Numbered from the stretch's first letter, positions 32,080 through 42,100 are shown. The stretch: DNA of 64,000 nucleotides from an uncultured Gemmatimonadales bacterium (GCA_963748815.1 CAVVKJ010000009.1:32001-96000), one strand, 5' to 3'. The notes: a model not told the origin generated them from the letters alone. Translations and numbers: made by a program.

Positions 32080-32565
32080 CTACCCTGCCGCGCGCCGGAG
32101 CGAGCCCGGAGGCGCCTCGGCGCGCATCCATTCCGCCTTCTTCCTGGCGAAGCCGAGGAACGCCGCGGCCAGTCGCTGATCCGAGAAGGCCAGCCAGCAC
32201 CAGCGCACCGGCCCGGTACGCTGCGCCTCGGTAATGGCGTGGACCACCGAGGCCGGCAGGCGCGCGTCGTCGACCTTGCGCTCCTCGACGTCCGAAATGG
32301 TCCAGGTGGCGCTGACGCCGTCGGTCATCACGTGCAACCAGCAGAGCTTCCGGTTGCCGAGGGTGTACTCCCACGCCCAGCGCCACTGCGGGCCGAGGAA
32401 CTTGACGTGCTCGATGACGCCGGGGATGGAGCGGAGCCCGTCGCGCACCAGCTTGAAGCGGGCGGCCGCGGTCGACGGCAGATCCTTGAGCGGCGCCCTC
32501 GGTTCCGGCTCGACTGAGGACTCCGGATACCGATTGCCCTTCCAGTACGACGTCGATCGGCTCAA
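32080..32565 (-). CDS. Hypothetical protein (DUF3788-like)
   Basis: WAWEY...RKLCWLH...GPVRW...FARKK pattern; GC-biased codon usage. Confidence 0.55.
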   Translation of the reverse strand: MSRSTSYWKGNRYPESSVEPEPRAPLKDLPSTAAARFKLVRDGLRSIPGVIEHVKFLGPQWRWAWEYTLGNRKLCWLHVMTDGVSATWTISDVEERKVDDARLPASVVHAITEAQRTGPVRWCWLAFSDQRLAAAFLGFARKKAEWMRAEAPPGSLRRAAG

Positions 32566-32765
32566 GGATGGCTCCGCGCCAAAGAGAAACGTGAATCCGG
32601 AAATCTACGGGGGAGCCAGTGGCAGAGGGAAGCGGCGACGTGTGCGGATCGCCTCGGCGGCCGTCGTCTCCATTCCCAACTCGCCCCGGCGCGTCCGCGA
32701 GCATTGCGACTGTGGACGGCCGTGCCCGGTTCAGCGAGCCAGAACCGTGGTACGGCGGCCCCGTA

Positions 32766-33566
32766 TCACGGTTCGCCGGCGTGAGCCTCGGGCGGCTCGC
32801 CGGCGGGCGCCACGCCCGCACGTTCCAGATAGCGGCGCACTTCGATCCCCATCGCCCGCAGCAGCGACGCCTCCCGACCGTCGAGTCCCGCCCGAAAGAC
32901 GATTTCCCGGAACGAACGCATGACGTGGTCGTGCTGCCGGGTCTTGAAGAAATCGATGGCCCACAGCGCGCGGGTCCAGTCGGTAAAGAGCCACTCGATC
33001 TGGTCGGCCGCCGCGGGGGCGGCGCGCCGCCGGGGGGGCTTGGTCGTGATGTCGGCGCCGATCCGGACCCGCCAGGTCTCGTAGCTCATCACGCCGATGG
33101 CCTGCGCCAGGTTCATCGACGTGTATTCCGCGCTGGTGGGGATCGACACCAGGGCGCGACAAAAATCGAGTTCGTCGTTGGCGAGTCCCTTGTCCTCCCG
33201 CCCGAACACCATCGCCACCGGCCCCGTCTCCGCGCTCGCCACCAGCTCGGTGGCCGCCTCGCGCGGCTCCAGCACCGTCCGCTTGGCGGCGCGGCCCCGC
33301 GCGGTGAGCGCCACGCTGTAGACCGTGTCCGCCAGCGCGTCCGACAGCGAGGTGAAGGTCTCGATCCGGGCGACGAGATCGGCGGTGTTGTGCGCGATCC
33401 CCTCGATCCGCCAGGGATCGAACACTTCCGGATTCACCAGCCGGATGCCGGTGATCCCGAAGTTCTTGGCCAGCCGGACGGCGCTCGCGATGTTGACGAT
33501 GTCCTGCGGCGCCACGAGGACCAGGATCGGCGCGCCGCCCGGATTCGGTCGGATGGGGTCGGTCAC
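32766..33566 (-). CDS. TrmJ/TrmH-family SPOUT RNA methyltransferase
   Basis: NIASAVRLAKNFG, VFGREDKGLANDEL, IPTSAEYTSMNLAQA. GTGA overlap. Confidence 0.9.
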   Translation of the reverse strand: MTDPIRPNPGGAPILVLVAPQDIVNIASAVRLAKNFGITGIRLVNPEVFDPWRIEGIAHNTADLVARIETFTSLSDALADTVYSVALTARGRAAKRTVLEPREAATELVASAETGPVAMVFGREDKGLANDELDFCRALVSIPTSAEYTSMNLAQAIGVMSYETWRVRIGADITTKPPRRRAAPAAADQIEWLFTDWTRALWAIDFFKTRQHDHVMRSFREIVFRAGLDGREASLLRAMGIEVRRYLERAGVAPAGEPPEAHAGEP

Positions 33567-34450
33567 CCGCGCAACTCCACCCCGGCCTCGCGCTCGATCA
33601 GCTGGATCGGCGCGAGGTAGTCGGCCTCTTCGCCCAGGGCGGCGCGCGCCCGGCCGAGCAACTCGGAGGTGAGGTGGAGGACCGGGCCGGCGACGCCCTG
33701 CCCCTCGAGGAACTCCGCGCCGATGCGGGTGTCCTTGTCGAGCAGTGCCAGGCGGAAGGTCACCGGAAAGAGCCGGGTCAGGACCCGCTCCGGCACCAGG
33801 TACTCGCTCACGAAGCTCCGCCCGCTCGAGGCGTTGAGGACCTCCACCGCCTTCTGGGCGGAGATGCCGCTCTTCACCAGGGCCGACAGCCCCTCGCCGA
33901 CGGCAAGCAGATTCACGGCCAGCAGCGCGTTGTTGACCGCCTTCATCGCGTGGCCCGCCCCGAGGGGCCCCATGTGCTCCACCCGGCGGCCGAAACACTC
34001 CAGCACCGGCCGCGCGCGCGCGAAGACCTCGCCGGTCCCCCCCACCATGACGGTGAGCGTGCCCGCCTCGGCGCCGTTGGTGCCGCCGCTCACCGGTGCG
34101 TCGGCGAACTGGATGCCGAGCGACGCCAGCCGCGCCCCGATCTTCCGGGTGGTGTCGGGATCGCCGGAGGTGCAGTCGAGGAAGAGCGTGCCCTTCCCCA
34201 ATCCCGCGAGCAGGCCGTCGGGACCGTCGAGCAGTGCGTCGACGTCGGCGGAGGTGGGGAGGCAGGTGATGACCACCTCCGACCCGGCCACCGCCTCGCG
34301 CGGGGTCGCGGCCGCCGTGCAGGGGTGCGCCGCGGCGAACGCCGCGGCCTTCGCGCCGGTGCGATTCCAGACCGTGAGCTGGTGGGCCTTGGCGAGATGG
34401 ACGGCCATGGGCGTGCCGATGGCGCCGAGGCCGAGGAAGGCGACGCGCAT
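33563..34450 (-). CDS. 3-hydroxyisobutyrate dehydrogenase-family NAD(P)-dependent oxidoreductase
   Basis: FLGLGAIGTPMA, DAPVSGG, GTLTVMVGG, KAVNN. Confidence 0.92.
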   Translation of the reverse strand: MRVAFLGLGAIGTPMAVHLAKAHQLTVWNRTGAKAAAFAAAHPCTAAATPREAVAGSEVVITCLPTSADVDALLDGPDGLLAGLGKGTLFLDCTSGDPDTTRKIGARLASLGIQFADAPVSGGTNGAEAGTLTVMVGGTGEVFARARPVLECFGRRVEHMGPLGAGHAMKAVNNALLAVNLLAVGEGLSALVKSGISAQKAVEVLNASSGRSFVSEYLVPERVLTRLFPVTFRLALLDKDTRIGAEFLEGQGVAGPVLHLTSELLGRARAALGEEADYLAPIQLIEREAGVELRG

Positions 34451-34950
34451 CAGCCGGCCTGTCCGCGGCGGCCGAGTTCCCGGTCGAACATGTAGAGCCC
34501 GGAGGTGTTGGTGCCGATGAGTCGCAGGGTGTCCACGATGCCGCGGCTCGTCTTTTCCTCCTCCACCTGCTCCGTGATGAACCACTGCAGCAACGCCTGC
34601 GAGGCGTAGTCCTTCTCCTTCGCCGCCAGTTCGAAGAGCGCGTTGATGCTGGCGGAGACCATGGCTTCCTGCTGGACGGCGGCCTCGAAGGCGGCGAGCG
34701 GCGATGCGAAGGTCGTCGGGGGCGCCGCCAGCTCGCGCAGGACGATCGTCCCGCCGCGATCCTCGACGAAGTCGGTGAACTTCATCGCGTGGCCGAGCTC
34801 CTCCCGCGCCTGGATCCGCATCCAGGACGCGGAGCCGGGCTGGTTGATGCCGCTGAAGTACGCCGACATCGCCAGGTACTGGTACGCCGACTCGAGTTCC
34901 TTGTGAATCTGGTCGTTCATGGCGGCCTGGACCGCCTTGCCGATCTGCAT
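34450..34950 (-). CDS. ftn: Non-heme ferritin
   Basis: NDQIHKELESAYQYLAMS, EELGHAMK, LQWFITEQVEEE. Confidence 0.93.
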   Translation of the reverse strand: MQIGKAVQAAMNDQIHKELESAYQYLAMSAYFSGINQPGSASWMRIQAREELGHAMKFTDFVEDRGGTIVLRELAAPPTTFASPLAAFEAAVQQEAMVSASINALFELAAKEKDYASQALLQWFITEQVEEEKTSRGIVDTLRLIGTNTSGLYMFDRELGRRGQAG

Positions 34951-34988
34951 GGGGTGCCTCCGGGATGAGAAGGAACGCCGGCCCGCCG

Positions 34989-35017
34989 TTGACGCCAGCC
35001 CCGGGGGGGCGTACGCT
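34989..35017 (+). promoter_or_regulatory. Putative sigma70 promoter of the modBC-like operon
   Basis: TTGACG-N17-TACGCT, 11 nt before the ATG at 35029. Confidence 0.55.
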
Positions 35018-35028
35018 ACGCGCGAGCC

Positions 35029-35853
35029 ATGACCCCCAAAGATAGCCTGCCCTCCGGGGCCCCGTCATCGATCCGGCGACCCGTTTCCTGGAGCCGGGTG
35101 GCGCTCGCCACCCTCGGCGCCGTGCTCGTCGTCTTCATCATCGGGCCCCTGCTCCGGCTGCTCGTCCTGGCCACCCCCGCCAGCCTCGGCGAGGCGCTCC
35201 ACGACCAGGAATTGCTCGCGTCGATCGGGCTCACACTCGCCACCGCCACCGCCGCCACCCTGATCGGCGCCGTGCTCGGCGTCCCCCTCGCCTACCTGCT
35301 GGCCCGTCGCTCCTTCCGCGGCCGCCGGTTCATCGAGGCGGTCGTCGAACTGCCGGTCGTGATCCCCCATCCCGTCGCCGGCATCGCGCTGCTCCTCTTC
35401 CTCGGCCGGCATTCCACGGTCGGTGGCGCGTTCGCCAGGATCGGCATCGAGTTCGTCAGCCACGTCCCCGGCATCGTGGCCGGCATGCTCTTCGTCTCGG
35501 TCCCCATCCTGGTGAGCGGTGCCCGGGAGGCGTTTCGCGCCGTGGACCCCCGGCTCGAACGGGTGGCCCGGACCCTCGGCGATCCCCCGGCGGTGGTGTT
35601 CCGGCGGGTGACGCTGCCCCTCGCGGCGCGCGGCATCCTCGCCGCCGCGGTCCTCTCCTGGGCGCGCAGCGTGAGCGAGTTCGGCGCCATCGTCATCCTC
35701 ACCTACAACCCCCAGGTGGCGAGCGTCCTGATCTACGACCGCTTCACCACCATCGGGCTCCCCGCCGCCGTCCCCGCCGCGCTCCTCCTCCTGGGCGTGG
35801 CGCTCGGCGTCTTTGCGCTGGTGCGGATGCTCCAGCCGGCGGAGCGCCGATGA
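35029..35853 (+). CDS. Molybdate/tungstate ABC permease (ModB/WtpB-like)
   Basis: GVPLAYLLAR, ELPVVIPHPVAGIALL, ARTLG, WARSVSEFGA. Confidence 0.88.
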   Translation: MTPKDSLPSGAPSSIRRPVSWSRVALATLGAVLVVFIIGPLLRLLVLATPASLGEALHDQELLASIGLTLATATAATLIGAVLGVPLAYLLARRSFRGRRFIEAVVELPVVIPHPVAGIALLLFLGRHSTVGGAFARIGIEFVSHVPGIVAGMLFVSVPILVSGAREAFRAVDPRLERVARTLGDPPAVVFRRVTLPLAARGILAAAVLSWARSVSEFGAIVILTYNPQVASVLIYDRFTTIGLPAAVPAALLLLGVALGVFALVRMLQPAERR

Positions 35854-36915
35854 TCCGGCTCGAGCACCTCTCGGTGCGGGTGGGGGACTTCCTCCTGCAG
35901 GACATCTCGTTCGAGGTGCCGAGCGGGGGATATGGCCTGCTCATCGGCCCCTCCGGCTCCGGCAAGACGACGCTGCTGGAGACGGTGGCGGGGCACGTCC
36001 CGGCCCTCGGCGGCCGGGTGCACCTCCACGGTGAGGACGTCTCCCACGTGGCGCCCGAGCGGCGGGGCGTCGGGTTCGTCTACCAGAACTACCATCTCTT
36101 TCCCCATCTCGACGTCCGCGACAACATTCGCTACGGCCTGGTGCGGGGCTCCCTCCCGGCCGCCGAGCAGCGCGATCGGGTGCGGGAGCTGGCCGCCCTG
36201 CTCGGAATTGAGCCCCTCCTCGACCGCACGATTCACGGCCTGAGCGGCGGCGAAACCCAGCGGGTGGCGCTGGCCCGCGCCCTCGCCCCGCGGCCGAGCA
36301 TCCTCCTGCTCGACGAACCGTTCGCCGCCGTCGATCCCGCCACCCGCCACATGCTGCGCCGGGAACTCCGCGCCATCCACACGCACGAGCGGGTCACGAC
36401 GCTGCAGGTGACGCACGACTTCGACGAGGCGCTCCGCCTCGGCGACGTGGTCGCAGTGCTGGCCGAGGGCCGCATCGCCCAGCTCGGCCGTCCCGACGAA
36501 GTGTTCCGCTTCCCCAATTCGGCCTTCGTGGCGAGGTTCATCGGGACCGGCACCGTCCTGCGCGGGGAGGTCACGCGCCAGCCCGGCGAAACGGGCGACG
36601 GCCCCTTCGCCGCCTGGTTCGACAGCGCTCCCCTGAAGTTCGAGGTCGTCGCCGAGCGGGAGGGGCCGGCCCACGCCGTGCTCAGGCCGGAGGATCTCAT
36701 GCTCAGCCGCGAGGCGATCAGCGGCTCCGCCCGGAATCGGTTTCGCCGCGGTCGTGAGCCGGGTGGAGCGGGTCGGGCCGGTCAGCTATGTCCATCTCGA
36801 CGCCGGCCGGCCCCTGACCGCCGCCGTCACCAGCGCCTCCGCCGACGAACTGGCCCTCGGCGCGGGCGTCGAAGTCGTCGTCACCGTGAAGGCCACCGCC
36901 ATCCATCTCGTGTAG
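35850..36915 (+). CDS. Molybdate/tungstate ABC ATPase with TOBE domain (ModC/WtpC-like), +1 frameshift near 36745
   Basis: GPSGSGKT, LSGGETQRVALARAL, LLDEP, SARNRF. After the shift: VVSRVERVGP...LTAAVTSASADELAL...VKATAIHLV* (TAG 36913-36915). Confidence 0.85.
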
Positions 36916-36929
36916 TGAGGACTCGCTCG

Positions 36930-37946
36930 ATGCGCACTGCCGCCACTTCCCTGCTCCTGCTCGCCTCGCTTGCCTGTGCCGATCCCAAGCCGGTCGTTCC
37001 GCCGATTCAACACTCGATCCTCGCCACGATCGGGGACAGCGCCTCCACCATCGAGGGGATCGCCGAGTTCGCCGGCCTGTTGTACGTCTGCGACTGGAAG
37101 GACGGGACGATCTACCGGATCGACCCGCGAGACCCGATCCCGCGCGCGGTCGGTGCCCTGCCGATCGCCCCCGGCACCGCGGTGCTCGGGATGCGGACGG
37201 ACGCCCAGGGCAACCTCTACCTGGCGGTGCCGGAGTCGGGCACCGTGTACCGGGTGGCGGCGGAACGGCTCGGGGCAAAGGATTTCGACCCGCGGAAGGA
37301 CGCGATGGTCTTTGCCAGCGGCGCCGACGGCGCCAACGCGATCACCTTCGATTTCCCCGGGGGGCATCTCTGGATCTCGGGCGGGCCGACCGGCAACCTC
37401 TATCACGTGGGTCCGGAAGGCGGACGGGTCGCCATTGCCGCGGTCGGATATGCCGCGATGGGGACCGACACGACCCTGCCGGTGCGGGTGTACACCGTCA
37501 ACGGCGTGGCCGTCAACAGCCGGGGCGTGATCTTCACCGCCAACACCGGCACCGGTGAAATCACGAGCCTGGTCATCGGGGCCGGCTACCTGCCCCGATC
37601 GGTCGCCACCTTTGTCCAGGACGACCGCCTGATCGGCGCCGACGGGCTCTACTTCGACGCGCAGGACAACCTCTGGGTCACCGCCAACTTCCGGAACACG
37701 CTGGCCCGCATCGGGCCGGACGGCACGGTCACCATCGTGGCGTCGAGCACGCCCACCGGCACGTTCACGGATTCCACGATGATCCCGGCCTATCCGCAGG
37801 TGGGGGTGGGCAACGCCCTTCGCTTTCCCGCGGAGCTCACGAGGCTGGGCAACACGATGTATCTCGCGAACCTCAACTTCCCCATCGGCGCCAACACCGG
37901 GCAGCCCGTCAAGGGGGCCAGCGTGGCGGCGGTGACGCTCCCTTGA
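36930..37946 (+). CDS. SMP-30/gluconolactonase-like beta-propeller lipoprotein
   Basis: Own ATG after GAGG, lipobox LASLAC, repeated blades (EGIA, ANAITFD, NGVAV, ADGLYFDAQDNLWV). Confidence 0.75.
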   Translation: MRTAATSLLLLASLACADPKPVVPPIQHSILATIGDSASTIEGIAEFAGLLYVCDWKDGTIYRIDPRDPIPRAVGALPIAPGTAVLGMRTDAQGNLYLAVPESGTVYRVAAERLGAKDFDPRKDAMVFASGADGANAITFDFPGGHLWISGGPTGNLYHVGPEGGRVAIAAVGYAAMGTDTTLPVRVYTVNGVAVNSRGVIFTANTGTGEITSLVIGAGYLPRSVATFVQDDRLIGADGLYFDAQDNLWVTANFRNTLARIGPDGTVTIVASSTPTGTFTDSTMIPAYPQVGVGNALRFPAELTRLGNTMYLANLNFPIGANTGQPVKGASVAAVTLP

Positions 37947-37950
37947 CCCG

Positions 37951-39195
37951 GTGACGATCCGCTTCCTGCACGTCGACCTCGACGCCTTCTTCGTGGAGGT
38001 CTGCCGCCAGCTCACGCCCGAGCTGCGCGCGGTGGACCTCCTGGTCGTTGGGGGACAGCCGAAGGGGCGCGGCGTGGTGCAGTCGGCCTCGTATGGCGCC
38101 CGGGCGTTCGGGGTGCGGGCGGGCATGGCGTCGAGTGAAGCGGCGCGGCGCTGCCCCGGCGCCACCTTCGTGCAGACGTCGTTCGACGACTACCGCCGCG
38201 CCTCGCGCACCGTCCGCCGGGTCCTCGAGGAATTTTCCCCGCTGGTCGTGATGGCCTCGCTCGATGAGGGCTATCTCGACTTCTCCGGCACCGATCGCCT
38301 CTACCCGGTCTCGCTCCTCCCGGTGGCGGAGCGACTCCGTGCGCGGGTGCGCGCCGAGGCGGGTCTCGACTGCAGCATCGGCATCGGGCCGAACCGGATG
38401 GTGGCCAAGCTCGCCTCCGATGCCGCCAAACCGCGCGGGTTCATGGAGGTGCGGGAAGGGTGGGAAGAGGGGTTCGTGGCGGGCCTGCCCCTCAAGGCGC
38501 TGCCGGGGGTGGGCCCGAGGACCGCGGACCGGCTCGCCTCGCTCGGCCTGACGGAGGCGTGGCAGGTGCAGCAGCGGTCGGTGACGGAGCTGGAAAAATT
38601 GATCGGGGCCGAGGCAAAGCTGCTGAAGCGCCGGGCCCATGGGCACGGGGGGCGGGTCCTCCGTGCCCGGCAGGAGACCAAATCGATCAGCCGGGAAACG
38701 ACGCTCGACCGCGACACCGCCGACCTCCCGCAGCTCGAGCGGATTCTTCTCCGACTCTCGGCCCACGTGGCGAGCCAGCTGCGACGAGAGCAGATGGCCG
38801 GCCGCACCGTGACCCTCAAGCTCCGACACGGCGACTTCGTGACGATCACCAGGAGCCAGACCCTCCCCGCCGCGACCGACCTCGACGCCGACATCGTGGG
38901 AGCGGCGCGCGCACTGCTGGGGACGGCGTTCGAGGAGGTCCGCAGGCGCGGACGAGGGGTGCGGCTCATCGGCGTGGCGGCGACCAACCTGACGGAGGCG
39001 CCGATGCCCGACCTCTTCGAGGCGCCGGAACGGACGAAGCTCCGGCACCTCACCGCGGCGGTGGACCAGGTGCGGGAGCGGTTCGGGTTCGACGCGGCGA
39101 AATCGGGGAGCTTGGTGAGGAAGGCTGGCAAGCGGGGACCCGAGAAGGCGGGGAAGCGGGGAAGCGGGGACGCGGGGAAGGGAGAACTGCCTTGA
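37951..39195 (+). CDS. dinB: DNA polymerase IV (Y-family)
   Basis: HVDLDAFF, SASYGARAFGV, SLDEGYLD, AKLASDAAKPRG, KSISRETT, VRLIGV. Confidence 0.95.
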   Translation: MTIRFLHVDLDAFFVEVCRQLTPELRAVDLLVVGGQPKGRGVVQSASYGARAFGVRAGMASSEAARRCPGATFVQTSFDDYRRASRTVRRVLEEFSPLVVMASLDEGYLDFSGTDRLYPVSLLPVAERLRARVRAEAGLDCSIGIGPNRMVAKLASDAAKPRGFMEVREGWEEGFVAGLPLKALPGVGPRTADRLASLGLTEAWQVQQRSVTELEKLIGAEAKLLKRRAHGHGGRVLRARQETKSISRETTLDRDTADLPQLERILLRLSAHVASQLRREQMAGRTVTLKLRHGDFVTITRSQTLPAATDLDADIVGAARALLGTAFEEVRRRGRGVRLIGVAATNLTEAPMPDLFEAPERTKLRHLTAAVDQVRERFGFDAAKSGSLVRKAGKRGPEKAGKRGSGDAGKGELP

Positions 39196-39377
39196 CGCGA
39201 AGACGCGAAGAGGCGCGAAGCCCCCCCACCTCATATCAGGATAGTAGCCAGCACCGCGGCCGGAACCAGCACGTCTGGTAGATTTAAACGGTTGTAAAAC
39301 AATAACTTACGGAACTTCACTACGATCAGAAGTGGCTGCCTCACCGGGAGCTCTTCGCGCCTCTTCGCGTCTTCGCG
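39196..39377. repeat. Perfect 25-bp inverted repeat enclosing an AT-rich core with IHF-like sites
   Basis: CGCGAAGACGCGAAGAGGCGCGAAG (39196-39220) and its exact reverse complement (39353-39377). Confidence 0.9.
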
Positions 39378-39426
39378 CTGAAAAGCTGTTACCGCAAGAG
39401 CTTGAATTCTGAGTCCCATTTCGCCA

Positions 39427-39448
39427 ACTTGCTATACGTCAAGCAAGT
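39427..39448. promoter_or_regulatory. Putative TetR operator
   Basis: ACTTGCT-N8-AGCAAGT just upstream of the TetR Shine-Dalgarno. Confidence 0.5.
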
Positions 39449-39465
39449 GCCACTCTGGAGGCACC

Positions 39466-40122
39466 ATGGCTTCTGTTGCCCCTCAACTGCTCGAGTCCGA
39501 GAAGCCCGGTTCCCGCGCGACGCGGGAGGCGGTGCTCGACGCCGCCGAACGGCTTTTCGCCGAGCGGGGGTTCGAGGCCACGAGTCTCAACGATGTGGGC
39601 ACGGCGGCCGGCGTCTCCCGCGGCACTCCTGGTTATTGCTTCGGCTCCAAGGCCGACCTCTATCGTGCGGTGCTGGAGCGTTGTTTTTCCGAGGTGCGGA
39701 GCGCCGTGCGGAGCGGGCGGGCCCGGGCCATGGCCAGCGGCGAGTCGGCTGACAAGGTGCTGGCCGGCATCGTCTCGGAGTACTTCGACTTCATCACCGC
39801 CAACCCCTACTTCGTGCGCCTCATCGAATGGGAAGCGCTGACCGGCGGCCGGACCCTCGAGGAGGTGCCGCCGCACGTCGAAGCCGCGCAGGAAGCCCTG
39901 GCCGCGCTCAGCGATGAGCTGGCCCTCGACCCCGCCAATCCGGGCGAGGCGGCGCAGCTCCTGCTCAGCGTGATCGGCCTCTGCTGGTTTCCGCTGGTGC
40001 ACTCGAAGACGATGCTCCGCGCGCTGGGCATCAACGCCACGACTCCCGAATTTCTCCAGGCGCGGAAGCGCCACGTGATCGACCTCGTGCTCTCGGGCAC
40101 GCTGGGTCGGTCCCCGTCCTGA
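39466..40122 (+). CDS. TetR/AcrR-family regulator
   Basis: VLDAAERLFAERGFEATSLNDVGTAAGVSRG...FGSKADLY helix-turn-helix. Confidence 0.92.
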   Translation: MASVAPQLLESEKPGSRATREAVLDAAERLFAERGFEATSLNDVGTAAGVSRGTPGYCFGSKADLYRAVLERCFSEVRSAVRSGRARAMASGESADKVLAGIVSEYFDFITANPYFVRLIEWEALTGGRTLEEVPPHVEAAQEALAALSDELALDPANPGEAAQLLLSVIGLCWFPLVHSKTMLRALGINATTPEFLQARKRHVIDLVLSGTLGRSPS

Positions 40123-40147
40123 CTCCCTAGCTGAGCGTGAGACGCAT

Positions 40148-42004
40148 ATGACAACCGCCATCAAGCAACCGACCCACCGCGACCTCGCGCCGAAGACGAC
40201 CGAGCAGGAAGCCCGCGACGTCGCCGAGGCCGCACGCGAGCAGGAATGGTCGTCGCGGAGCTTTGTCCGTGAGCTCTTCGAGGGGGACTACGACCTCGAC
40301 CTGATCCACCCCTTCCCCGAGCCGGACCCCGCCGACCTGGCCAGGGCCAAGCCGCTCATGGAGCGGCTCGAGAAGTTCATGCGCGAAAAGGTCGACAGCG
40401 ACAAGATCGACCGCGAAGGGAAGATCCCCCCGGAGATCATCGAGGAGCTCCGCCAGATGGGCGCGTTCGGGCTCAAGATCGGCGAGGAGTACGGCGGGAT
40501 GGGGCTGAGCCAGTACAGCTACACCAAGGCCATCAGCCTGGTGACCAGCAACGACGGCAGCATGACCGCGCTCCTTTCCGCCGCGCAGTCGATCGGCGTG
40601 CCGGTGCCGCTCAAGCTTTTCGGCACCGACGCGCAGAAGAAGAAGTACCTCCCCCGGCTCGCCAAGGGCGCCATCTCCGCGTTCGCGCTCACCGAGACCG
40701 GGGTCGGATCCGACCCCGCCGGCGTCGCCACGACGGCGGTCCTCTCCGACGATGGCAGCCACTACATCCTGAACGGCGAGAAGCTCTGGTGCACCAACGG
40801 CACCATCGCCGAGTTGATGGTGGTCATGGCGCGGACCGGCAAGAAGATCAGCGCCTTCATCGTCGAGGCCGACTGGCCCGGCGTCGAGGTGGTCGAGCGC
40901 CTGCACTTCATGGGGCTCAAGGCCATCGAGAACGGGCTGATCCGCTTCACGAATGTGAAGGTGCCGGCCGAGAACATCATCTGGGGCGAGGGCAAGGGTC
41001 TCAAGCTGGCGCTGGTCACGCTCAACACCGGCCGACTGACCCTGCCGGCCTCCTGCGCCGCGGGCGCCAAGCGCTCGCTGGAGATTGCCCGCACCTGGGC
41101 GGCGGAGCGCCAGCAGTGGGGCGCGCCGATCGGCAAGCACGACGCCGTGGCCCAGAAGCTGGGCCGGATGGCGGCCGACACCTTCGCGATGGACTCGGTC
41201 AGCGACCTGGCTTCGCTGATGGCCGACAAGGGCACCGTCGACATCCGCCTCGAGGCGGCCATCGCGAAGATGTGGAACTCCGAGGTCGGGTGGCGGATCG
41301 TGGACGACCTGCTGCAGATCAAGGGCGGGCGCGGCTATGAAACCGCCGACAGCCTGCGGAGCCGGGGCGAGCGCCCCGACCCCGTCGAGCGGATGATGCG
41401 CGACTACCGCATCAACCTGATCTTCGAGGGCTCCAGCGAAATCATGCGGCTCTTCATCGCGCGCGAGGCGGTGGACACCCACCTCAAGGTGGCGGGCGCG
41501 CTCATCGACCCGAAGTCCTCGACCGGCACCAAGGTGAAGGCGCTCTTCGGCGCCGGCGCCTTCTACGCCCTCTGGTACCCGAAGCTCTGGATCGGCCTGA
41601 AGGGCCGGTTCGGCTACGGCGCCTTCGGGCCGCTGGCCACCCACCTCCGCTTCGCCGAGCGGCGCTCGCGGAAGCTGGCGCGCTCGCTCTTCCACGCCAT
41701 GATCCGGTTCGGCCCGAAGCTCGAGAAGCGGCAGGCGGTGCTCGGCCGGCTGGTCGAGATCGGCGCGGAGCTCTTCGCCATCTCGGCCACCGTCAGCCGG
41801 GCCCAGGCGATGGTCACCAAGAATCCCGCCGACCGATCCCCGGTCGAACTGGCCGACGCCTTCGCGCGGAACGCGCGCCGCCGCGTCGACGACCGGTTCG
41901 CGGCCCTCTTCGACAACGAGGACGTGATCAACTACGCCGTCGCGCAACAGACGACGGCCGGCAAGTATGCCTGGGTGGAGTCCGGCATGGTGCGGGAGAA
42001 GTAG
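40148..42004 (+). CDS. Acyl-CoA dehydrogenase (very-long-chain type)
   Basis: AFALTETGVGSD, LNGEKLWCTNG, LNTGR, GGRGYE, IFEGSSEI, with C-terminal extension. Confidence 0.95.
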   Translation: MTTAIKQPTHRDLAPKTTEQEARDVAEAAREQEWSSRSFVRELFEGDYDLDLIHPFPEPDPADLARAKPLMERLEKFMREKVDSDKIDREGKIPPEIIEELRQMGAFGLKIGEEYGGMGLSQYSYTKAISLVTSNDGSMTALLSAAQSIGVPVPLKLFGTDAQKKKYLPRLAKGAISAFALTETGVGSDPAGVATTAVLSDDGSHYILNGEKLWCTNGTIAELMVVMARTGKKISAFIVEADWPGVEVVERLHFMGLKAIENGLIRFTNVKVPAENIIWGEGKGLKLALVTLNTGRLTLPASCAAGAKRSLEIARTWAAERQQWGAPIGKHDAVAQKLGRMAADTFAMDSVSDLASLMADKGTVDIRLEAAIAKMWNSEVGWRIVDDLLQIKGGRGYETADSLRSRGERPDPVERMMRDYRINLIFEGSSEIMRLFIAREAVDTHLKVAGALIDPKSSTGTKVKALFGAGAFYALWYPKLWIGLKGRFGYGAFGPLATHLRFAERRSRKLARSLFHAMIRFGPKLEKRQAVLGRLVEIGAELFAISATVSRAQAMVTKNPADRSPVELADAFARNARRRVDDRFAALFDNEDVINYAVAQQTTAGKYAWVESGMVREK

Positions 42005-42047
42005 TCAACCGCGGCCGCGACCTGCGGCCGGCGGGGGCGGGAGCAAC

Positions 42048-42075
42048 GAAGGGCGCGGAGAGTTCCGCGCCCTTC
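42048..42075. terminator. Hairpin between convergent genes
   Basis: GAAGGGCGCGGA-GAGT-TCCGCGCCCTTC. Confidence 0.7.
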
Positions 42076-42100
42076 ATCGCATGGGTGGCCGTCAGGCCCG

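Noticed and set aside
35850..37946. 698-aa ABC ATPase/beta-propeller fusion in the ORF track
   Set aside because: Produced by the frameshift near 36745. The TOBE domain ends at TAG 36915 and the propeller has its own Shine-Dalgarno, ATG and lipobox.
39285..39309. dif/Xer recombination site
   Set aside because: The arms do not match the XerD arm TTATGTTAAAT. An IHF-like reading fits better.
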